Below, in pieces: positions 56,917 through 64,000 of a stretch of 64,000 bases of DNA (the stretch's first letter is position 1; every line of letters begins with the position of its first letter). Source of the DNA: Pseudomonadota bacterium (lineage in GTDB: Bacteria > Pseudomonadota > Alphaproteobacteria > Rhodobacterales > Rhodobacteraceae); the NCBI GenBank assembly GCA_039026295.1, contig JBCCMP010000001.1, positions 260-64,259 on the forward strand, read 5' to 3'. The position numbers were made by a program, and so were the translations under genes. Under the pieces are notes generated by a model. The model saw only the letters and a list, made by a program, of their open reading frames with translations, searched no databases and was not told the origin of the DNA.

Positions 56917-59244
56917 ATGTCTGACCCTAGTTCTTTGATGACACCGCTTGAGATGCACAACGGGGCGCTGCGCACGCCGATCGATCCATCGCATCTTGGC
57001 ACGGCGGTTCTGGACAAATCAGGCGCATTCGCGGCGGGCAGCTACAACAGCTTTGTCCTCACCTATACGGCGGGACGGTTCGGAATCGATGACAGCGGCA
57101 GCATCCGCATCGTCTGGCGTTTTGCGACGGACCAGACCAACCCCCAATTCGATGACCCGACAGCCGCGGGATACACGGAAGTCACGGCATCCAACAACGC
57201 CGTCCTGCAGGCCCGGTTTGATCCCAAAGGCAATATCCGGCCCTGGGACAGAACGCTGCAGATCAAAGTCGTGCAGGGGTTCATGAAAGAGGGCGACACG
57301 ATCACGGTACGCTTCGGCGTGACCGATCATGGCGGCCCGGGCATGCGCCTTCAGACATTCTGTGAAAGCCGCTACGAGTTCCGCGTGCTGGTCGACCCGA
57401 TCGCGACCTACAACTTCCAGACGCTGCCCGAACAACCGGCAATTTCGCTGGTTCCCGGCGTGCCGGAGACCTGGGTTGCGGTGGTGCCGTCGACGATTGC
57501 GTCCGGCCAGCCATTTTCGCTGAAGATCAAGGCCGAGGATACCTGGGGCAACCCGTCCGACAAGGCCGCGATGATCCTGACGCCGCGCGCCAGTCAGCCG
57601 ATTGAAAATCTGCCACCGTCCATCGATGTGGTGGACGGGACATTCGGAACCGTCCTCGACGGGTTGATCGCCCGGCAGCACGGACCGCTGCAGATCACGC
57701 TCCACGCGCCTGACGGCTCGCCTGTCACAGCGTGCAACCCCGCCAGTGTCTCAGACCGTCCGCCACTGATGAGCTATTGGGGTGACTTGCACGGCCAGTC
57801 GGACGAGACGCTCGGCACCAACAGCGCGGCTGACTATTTCACGTTCGGTCGCGACAAGGCATTCCTTGACGCCTGCGCCCATCAGGGCAACGACTTCCAG
57901 ATGACGGACACGTTCTGGAAGGATCTGAACAAGGTCACGGAGCATTTCAACCGGGACGGCGCGTTCGTCACCCTGCCTGGCTATGAATGGTCCGGCAACA
58001 CGGCCCTGGGCGGCGACCGCAACGTGTTCTTCCCCGTCGAAGGGCGGACGATGCGGCGGTCTTCCCATGCCCTTATCGAAGATCAGTTTGATGTCGGCAC
58101 GGACTGCCACACGGCCGGAGAGCTTTTTGAAGCCTTTGCCGCAAACGAGGAATGGGACGTCATCTGCTTTGCCCATTGCGGCGGGCGGTATGCGGATATC
58201 ACGATGGCCCATGACGGCCGGTTCGAGAAATCCGTGGAAGTCCATTCCGCATGGGGCACGTTCGAGTGGATCGTGCAGGATGCCTTCAAAAGCGGATACC
58301 GCGTCGGCATCATCGGCAATTCCGATGGGCACAAGGGGCGCCCGGGGGCGAGCTACCCCGGTGCAGGCTGGTTCGGCGCGGTCGGCGGGCTGACATGTTT
58401 TCTGATGCCTGAACTGACACGGGACAGCCTGATAGATTGCATCAACGCCCGCCATCACTACGCGACGACCGGCGGCCCGAGCGGGCGCATCCGTTTGAAC
58501 GTCACAGCCAGTTTCGATCAGCCGGCCACGCAGTACCTGGAAGACCCATCGCTGAGAGCGGATTGCGCGACAAGATCTTGCGACACGGTGATGATGGGTG
58601 ACATCGTCCATCTACCATCCGGCGATCTCGACTTCGAGGTCAGGGTGGACGCCGCGTCGCCGGTGCGTCGCATCGACATCTTCAACGGTCTGGACCATCT
58701 GGAATGTTACCGCCCATACGCCGAGGGCGATCTTGGCGACCGGATCGGTGTTTTGTGGGAGGGGGCCGAGTATCGCGGGCGTTTCCGCGCCGTCCAGTGG
58801 GACGGCACCGCCCGTTTCGACAAGGCAATGATCGCCTCTGCCGTGCCGGTGAATTTCTTCAACCGGGACAAGACGCTGGAAATCAAGGACGGCGAGAAAC
58901 TGGCCTGGCAGTCCGTGACCACCGGGAATTTCGCCGGGTTCATCGCCGGTCTGACGGACAGTCAAGCGGGCGATATCACGTTGGACACCGCCCTGATCAA
59001 ACATACGGTCGCCTTGGCTGATATAGGATACGAAGACACGGTTCTGGATGCATCCGGCATCCTTACGCGCGCCATCCGTCTGTTCCGGCTGCCCGACCAC
59101 AATCCCCACAGATCGGTCCGGATTGAACGCAAACTTGAACCGCAATCGGGCAGGGATAATCCCTTCTACGTCCGTGTGACACTGGAGGACGGAACGCAGG
59201 CCTGGTCCAGCCCGATCTATGTTCTGCGCGATGTCGCCGCTTAG
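56917..59244 (+). CDS. DUF3604-type PHP-like metallohydrolase
   Basis: YWGDLHGQS, HQGNDFQ, PGYEWSGNT..GGDRN, EVHSAWG, NSDGHKGRPG, AWSSPIY. Confidence 0.8.
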   Translation: MSDPSSLMTPLEMHNGALRTPIDPSHLGTAVLDKSGAFAAGSYNSFVLTYTAGRFGIDDSGSIRIVWRFATDQTNPQFDDPTAAGYTEVTASNNAVLQARFDPKGNIRPWDRTLQIKVVQGFMKEGDTITVRFGVTDHGGPGMRLQTFCESRYEFRVLVDPIATYNFQTLPEQPAISLVPGVPETWVAVVPSTIASGQPFSLKIKAEDTWGNPSDKAAMILTPRASQPIENLPPSIDVVDGTFGTVLDGLIARQHGPLQITLHAPDGSPVTACNPASVSDRPPLMSYWGDLHGQSDETLGTNSAADYFTFGRDKAFLDACAHQGNDFQMTDTFWKDLNKVTEHFNRDGAFVTLPGYEWSGNTALGGDRNVFFPVEGRTMRRSSHALIEDQFDVGTDCHTAGELFEAFAANEEWDVICFAHCGGRYADITMAHDGRFEKSVEVHSAWGTFEWIVQDAFKSGYRVGIIGNSDGHKGRPGASYPGAGWFGAVGGLTCFLMPELTRDSLIDCINARHHYATTGGPSGRIRLNVTASFDQPATQYLEDPSLRADCATRSCDTVMMGDIVHLPSGDLDFEVRVDAASPVRRIDIFNGLDHLECYRPYAEGDLGDRIGVLWEGAEYRGRFRAVQWDGTARFDKAMIASAVPVNFFNRDKTLEIKDGEKLAWQSVTTGNFAGFIAGLTDSQAGDITLDTALIKHTVALADIGYEDTVLDASGILTRAIRLFRLPDHNPHRSVRIERKLEPQSGRDNPFYVRVTLEDGTQAWSSPIYVLRDVAA

Positions 59245-59264
59245 GATCGTCGCCGCTGAGGATC
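59233..59264 (+). repeat. 16-bp tandem duplication across the DUF3604 stop codon
   Basis: GTCGCCGCTTAGGATC / GTCGCCGCTGAGGATC. Confidence 0.75.
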
Positions 59265-59386
59265 GCAGGTCAATTGTGGGCGGGGCTGACATACCGGCAT
59301 GGACAACCCACGGAGCATGCCGGACACTGTGAGCGTCGGAGACGCCCGAGGGGCGGCATTGGAAGGGCGGCATTGGAGGAGCGGGA

Positions 59387-60403
59387 TTGGTATATCTGCG
59401 AATTTTCTGCGTGCACGCCGCGTTTGCGGCCTTTCTTGTCCTTGGCTCTCAGGCGGCGGCCCAGAACGTGGAAGACGGGCTGTCGCAACTTCAGGAAAGC
59501 TGCGCCAAGGAACCGGACCCTGAACTTCGGATCGAGGCATGCAGCGGAATTCTCCCGCTGCTGGCCGATAAACCCGCGCTGTCCAAAGAAGAGAAGCGGC
59601 GGCTGATTGCCTTTGCCCAGTTGCAAATCGGGATGACCTATTTCTTGTATGACCTGCATCCAAGCATCCCCGCCTACGGGATCAGGCACATTAATCGTGC
59701 GGTGGGCGTTGATCCGAATTATGCCGAGGCCCATTATGCCCGAGCATCGGTTCTGTATCTCCAGAGGAAAAAATTTCCCCGTGATCCGATCCAGGGCGCG
59801 CTGGAATCTGTCTCGACATTCATCGAGCTCGAACCGGACGACGTGCTGGGATACAAGCTGCGGTCATCCATTTTACGGTCACTGGGAAACTACACGTCTG
59901 CTGCAGATGACGCCACGCGCGCGATCGCGCTCGCACCGGATGACCCGCACGCATTTGAGCTGCGGGGGCACGCATTGAACCGGTCCGGAACCTATGCGCG
60001 TGCCGTCCGGGACTTTGACGCCGCAAAATCGCACGGTTCCAATTCAAGGATGATCCATCAGGCGCGCGGCTTCGCCCATATGAAAGTCGGTAATCTGGAT
60101 CAGGCGCTGAATGATCTGAATATCGCGATCACGCAAAGCGAGTACATCGGCCTTCGGCATTTTCGGGGGCTGGTTCACCAGAAACGTGGCGATGCGGAGA
60201 ACGCCATAAAAGACTGGACAGCCGTCCTGAAGGACAACCCGAAGGTCTTCATTGAGCAGTGGCAGATAAGACTGCGCGGCGGCGGCTTCTGGTCCGGGCG
60301 GATAGACGGAAGGAATTCAGCCGATCTGCGCCGCGCCATTAAAGGCTGCGCCCACGACCCTGGCTGCGGCGATATCTGGGATGATATGGAGTTCGGCCTT
60401 TAA
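59387..60403 (+). CDS. Exported TPR-repeat protein with possible C-terminal peptidoglycan-binding domain
   Basis: Signal peptide; TPR repeats (AVGVDPNYAEAHYARA, AIALAPDDPHAFELRG); tail QIRLRGGGFWSGRIDG..LRRAI; TTG start after GGAGG. Confidence 0.75.
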   Translation: MVYLRIFCVHAAFAAFLVLGSQAAAQNVEDGLSQLQESCAKEPDPELRIEACSGILPLLADKPALSKEEKRRLIAFAQLQIGMTYFLYDLHPSIPAYGIRHINRAVGVDPNYAEAHYARASVLYLQRKKFPRDPIQGALESVSTFIELEPDDVLGYKLRSSILRSLGNYTSAADDATRAIALAPDDPHAFELRGHALNRSGTYARAVRDFDAAKSHGSNSRMIHQARGFAHMKVGNLDQALNDLNIAITQSEYIGLRHFRGLVHQKRGDAENAIKDWTAVLKDNPKVFIEQWQIRLRGGGFWSGRIDGRNSADLRRAIKGCAHDPGCGDIWDDMEFGL

Positions 60404-60765
60404 CCGGTCCATCGTCGCTCCGGGGCTGGACATTCAGCCTGACGGGCGGGACGCATTGGCAAGCCTTCGGTCCGGCGCCCGGCCCTCGGGGTGAAGCCCT
60501 TTCGGGGTGCACCGCGCGGGATGACGGTGTTTTCCGACTGGATCTCCGGCATGCTGAAAGGGGACGCGGGACCTCGGTTGAAGATCAGCGTTCGGGCTGT
60601 CGGGAAATGCCGCGAGAACGGCTGCTGCAAGAACGGCTTTTGAAAGACGGATGGGCAGTGCGGCCCGGTCCGGCGTATTTTCCAGGAACTGAGGAATGCG
60701 TCTTCCTGTTGCCGGGGGGATATTTGCCCGGCTCGCGCCGTGTCAAAACCGGTGAGCGTCAGTTT

Positions 60766-61617
60766 CTAGATGGACGCCCTGCGCGCATTCTCGATGTAGA
60801 TTTCGCGCAGCCGCCGTGTCAGCGGGCCGGGCGTGCCGTTGCCGAGCGAGACGTCATCGATTTCGACGACCGGGTTCACGAAGCTTGATGCGGCGGTGCA
60901 GAACGCCTCCTCGGCTGACTGCGCTTCGGCGATCGTGAACGGCCGCTCGATGACCTGCATCTGGGCTTCCTTTGCCAGGGTCAGGACTGACGCCCGGGTT
61001 ATGCCGTGCAGGATTGAATTCGACAGATTTCGGGTGATGATCGCGCCGTCCTTCACGATGTAGGCATTGTTGGACGTGCCTTCGTTCACGGTGCCGTCTT
61101 CGACCATCCAGGCATCGTCCTTGCCCGCGGCCTTGGCCTGCATTTTCGCGAGACTGGGATAGAGCAACTGGGTCGTCTTGATGTCTCTGCGCCCCCAGCG
61201 CAGATCGTCCAGCGAGATGACCTTTATGCCGGTTCGTGCCGAGACGGTGTCGGCCAGGGGCTTCTTCTGACTGAACAGAACGAGGCTTGGCACCAGATCA
61301 TCGCCCCATGCGAAGTCGCGATCATGCGGGCCGCGCGTGACCTGCAGATAGATCAGTCCTTCGTCGAGGTCATTGCGCTCGACAATCTGGCGATGGATCT
61401 CGAGCAATTCGTCGTCACTGCACGGCGGGGTCATTCCCAGTTCGCTCATGGACCGGTGCAGCCGCGTGACGTGTCCTTCATACTCGCAGAGCTTCCGGTC
61501 GAGCACCGAAGTAACCTCGTAGACCGCGTCGGCCATCAGAAATCCGCGATCGAAGACCGAGATCCTGGCCTCTTCCTCTGCCACGTATTCGCCATTGACG
61601 TAGACGGTTCTGCTCAT
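60766..61617 (-). CDS. dat: D-amino-acid transaminase (class IV)
   Basis: YVNGEY, FDRGFLMADAVYEV, RWGRRDIKT, EGTSNNA, ILHGITR. Confidence 0.92.
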   Translation of the reverse strand: MSRTVYVNGEYVAEEEARISVFDRGFLMADAVYEVTSVLDRKLCEYEGHVTRLHRSMSELGMTPPCSDDELLEIHRQIVERNDLDEGLIYLQVTRGPHDRDFAWGDDLVPSLVLFSQKKPLADTVSARTGIKVISLDDLRWGRRDIKTTQLLYPSLAKMQAKAAGKDDAWMVEDGTVNEGTSNNAYIVKDGAIITRNLSNSILHGITRASVLTLAKEAQMQVIERPFTIAEAQSAEEAFCTAASSFVNPVVEIDDVSLGNGTPGPLTRRLREIYIENARRASI

Positions 61618-61619
61618 GG

Positions 61620-62597
61620 TCATCCCCACAGTTCGGCGGTCGGCGGGTGCACGCCTGCCGCATCATACTTCAACGGACGGTCGCGATCTTCAGCCAGCAG
61701 TAAAGGACCATCCAGATCCACAACCTCTGCCCCCTGTGCCACAAGGGTCGCAGGCGCCATGCCGAGTGACGATCCGATCATGCATCCGACCATGATCTTC
61801 AGGCCAAGCGCCTCTGCCTCGGCCTTTAGCGCCAGCGCTTCGGTCAGCCCGCCGGTCTTGTCCAGCTTGATGTTGATCATGTCGTACTTCCCGGCGATCC
61901 CCGGCAGGCTGGCGCGATCATGCAAGGCTTCGTCGGCGCAAACCGGAAGCGGGCGGTCCATGGCCTTCAGGGCATCGTCGTTGTCGGCAGGCAGTGGCTG
62001 CTCAACCATCGCGACGCCAAGATCCAGAACGACGGGCGCAATCCGAGAATAGGTTGCCGCATCCCATCCTTCATTGGCATCGACGACGATCTTCGCATCC
62101 GGTGCGCCCTTGCGGACGGCGCGCAGGCGTTCGATATCGCCAGCCCCCCCCAGCTTGATCTTGAGAACGGGCCTGTGCGCGTTCTCGGCGGCTTTGGCCT
62201 GCATGACCTCCGGGTCTTCCATTGACAGCGTGAACACGGTGACCTCGGGGTGCGGCTGTGGCAGGCCCGCAAGCTCCCAGACCCGCTTGCCGCTGGCCTT
62301 GGCTTCCCAGTCCCAGAAGGCACAGTCCAGACCGTTTCGGGCGGCCCCGGCAGGCATGGCCGTCTGCAGTCCGGTGCGGTCCATCCCGGCCATCAGCTTC
62401 GGACCGATCGCAGTGACCTGTTTGCGGACGCTGTCGACATCTTCGCCGTATCGGGCGTAGGGGTAGCATTCGCCGCGGCCTATGATGCCGTCCTTCTCGA
62501 TCTCGACGGTGACGACACGCGATTCCGTCCGCGTACCCCTGCTGATCGTAAACGACCCGGCGATGGGAAAGACGTCTTCGGCAGTGCTGAGGCGCAT
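61620..62597 (-). CDS. dgcA: N-acetyl-D-Glu racemase / Ala-Glu epimerase (enolase superfamily)
   Basis: FTISRG, LKIKLG, VDANEGW, VEQPL, CADE, NIKLDKTGGLTEAL, DLDGPLLL; follows dgcN. Confidence 0.88.
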   Translation of the reverse strand: MRLSTAEDVFPIAGSFTISRGTRTESRVVTVEIEKDGIIGRGECYPYARYGEDVDSVRKQVTAIGPKLMAGMDRTGLQTAMPAGAARNGLDCAFWDWEAKASGKRVWELAGLPQPHPEVTVFTLSMEDPEVMQAKAAENAHRPVLKIKLGGAGDIERLRAVRKGAPDAKIVVDANEGWDAATYSRIAPVVLDLGVAMVEQPLPADNDDALKAMDRPLPVCADEALHDRASLPGIAGKYDMINIKLDKTGGLTEALALKAEAEALGLKIMVGCMIGSSLGMAPATLVAQGAEVVDLDGPLLLAEDRDRPLKYDAAGVHPPTAELWG

Positions 62598-62625
62598 TGG
62601 ATCCCTCCGATGGCTGTTGGACCCT

Positions 62626-63621
62626 TTAGAGCGCGTCGATCAAGCGGCCCGAGCCGTGCCGGAACGGATCCACGCATGGCAGGCCCATCTCTGCCTCTGT
62701 CTTCTCCAGATATGCGCCTGCCTCCTCGTCGGTCAGCGCGGCGGTGTTCACGGCGCATCCGATGACCCGGCAGCCCGCATTGGCCCATTGCGCGTGCTGC
62801 AGGGCAAGCGGTTGCAGATCGGCCATCGACGGCACAGGGAAATGCGGCAGCCCGCGCATATGCGTCCGGGTTGGTTCGTGGCAGAGGACCAGCGCATCGG
62901 GCTGGCCGCCATGGATCAGCGCCATGGTCACGCCGGAGTAGGACACATGGAACAGCGATCCCTGTCCTTCGATGATATCCCAATGATCCTGGTCGTTCGG
63001 CGGGGTGAGCGCTTCAACGGCGCCTGCCATGAAATCCGCGATCACCGCGTCGAGGGGTACGCCGTCCCCGGTGATCAGAATTCCTGTCTGGCCGGTCGCG
63101 CGGAACGTCGCCTTCATTCCGCGCGCGCGCATGTCACGCTCCAGCGCCATGGTCGTGTACATCTTTCCGCAGGAGCAGTCGGTTCCGACCGCCAGCAAAC
63201 GCTTGCCTGATCGGGGTGTCCCATCGGCAATCGGGTACTGAACTGTCGGCACGCGCACGTCGTGCAGCGTCTGCCCGGTCCGCTTCGCTGCCGCAACCAG
63301 ATCGTCCTGTGCATTCAGCAGCGTGTGCAATCCGGCGGCGATGTCCATCCCTGCTTCCATCGCCTCGATGAGGACAGTCTTCCAGGCATCGGAGATCACA
63401 CCGCCGCGGTTGGCGACACCGATCACCAGTGTCTTCGCGCCAGCGGCTGCAGCCTCAGGTACAGACACATCCTTCAGACCCATGTCCGCATTGCAGCCGG
63501 GAAGTCGCAGTTGACCGACCGAAGCATCCGGACGCCAGTCCTTGATCCCTTGCGCGACCTTCGCGGCCAGAGCGTCGGGCGCATCGCCCAGAAACAGAAG
63601 ATAGGGTTGTGCGAGGGCCAT
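62626..63621 (-). CDS. dgcN: D-glutamate N-acetyltransferase (DUF1611)
   Basis: PYLLFLGDA, VGTDCSCGKMYT, FRATGQTG, EGQGSLFH, LIHGGQPD. Confidence 0.9.
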   Translation of the reverse strand: MALAQPYLLFLGDAPDALAAKVAQGIKDWRPDASVGQLRLPGCNADMGLKDVSVPEAAAAGAKTLVIGVANRGGVISDAWKTVLIEAMEAGMDIAAGLHTLLNAQDDLVAAAKRTGQTLHDVRVPTVQYPIADGTPRSGKRLLAVGTDCSCGKMYTTMALERDMRARGMKATFRATGQTGILITGDGVPLDAVIADFMAGAVEALTPPNDQDHWDIIEGQGSLFHVSYSGVTMALIHGGQPDALVLCHEPTRTHMRGLPHFPVPSMADLQPLALQHAQWANAGCRVIGCAVNTAALTDEEAGAYLEKTEAEMGLPCVDPFRHGSGRLIDAL

Positions 63622-63758
63622 GGCAGAATCTCCGAATCGTCGTCTTCCAGCCGATAAATCAGACTTTTATACGGATTCAATGGCACCAGACAGAATTGCA
63701 TTGTGGTGCAGGATTAAATTGCAAGATTCGTCCACGATCGCGTCTCTTACCGACGCTT

Positions 63759-64000
63759 TCAGAAATCCAGCAGCGCATTGTCGATCACTTCTTTCATCAC
63801 GAAGAAAGTGCGTGTCTGCCGTACACCCGGCAGACCGATCAGGCGTTCGCCATGCAGGCGGTTGAAGTCAGCGATGTCGCGCACGCGGATCTTGAGAAAG
63901 TAATCGAAGTCGCCCGCGACCAGATGACAGTCAAGCACAGCGGGCAGTTGGCGGATGGCCTCTTCGAAGGCAGCGAAGCTTTCTGGCGTTGACCGGTCGA
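63759..64000 (-). CDS. Lrp/AsnC regulator, AcdR(LrpL)-like (3' part only)
   Basis: Minus strand reads DRSTPESFAAFEEAIRQLPAVLDCHLVAGDFDYFLKIRVRDIADFNRLHGERLIGLPGVRQTRTFFVMKEVIDNALLDF*. Confidence 0.8.
   Translation of the reverse strand, partial: DRSTPESFAAFEEAIRQLPAVLDCHLVAGDFDYFLKIRVRDIADFNRLHGERLIGLPGVRQTRTFFVMKEVIDNALLDF

Noticed and set aside
60476-60530. REP-like element (CCCTCGGGGTGAAGCCC...CGGGATGACGG)
   Set aside because: Single degenerate copy in the window; cannot be supported as a repeat family without the rest of the genome.

Overview
High-GC window, probably from an alphaproteobacterium (inferred from gene content). From left to right: (1) a cobalamin-riboswitch-controlled btuB-btuF-btuC-type B12 uptake operon; (2) a LacI/GntR-type repressor with two visible operators, divergent from a double sugar-type ABC operon whose last binding protein resembles Vibrio LuxP; (3) a ycaC / two amidohydrolases / XapX / adaptor / MFS cluster with AraC, pirin and LysR genes; (4) an RTX-tailed RCC1-repeat protein; (5) a ~27 kb divergently organised locus (26.7-54.0 kb), the main candidate for an undescribed system; (6) DoxX-like, lepB-like, DUF3604 and TPR genes, dat-dgcA-dgcN and a partial AcdR-like Lrp regulator. 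The left arm of locus (5) encodes three large acidic pilins, PilM/N-, PilO-, PilT-, PilB-, PilC- and PilD-like proteins. Its centre holds a structured pilin leader, an orphan ParB-family gene and a perfect 30-bp palindrome. Its right arm encodes a small protein, a PilP-like protein, a secretin with an ICE-type (DUF3438-like) tail, a lipoprotein, a di-heme DHOR protein, MoxR/DUF58/transglutaminase (catalytic Cys replaced), three SPFH proteins and a P1B-ATPase. Short 11-19 bp tandem duplications recur at gene junctions. All family assignments come from motif recognition by eye; no searches were run.
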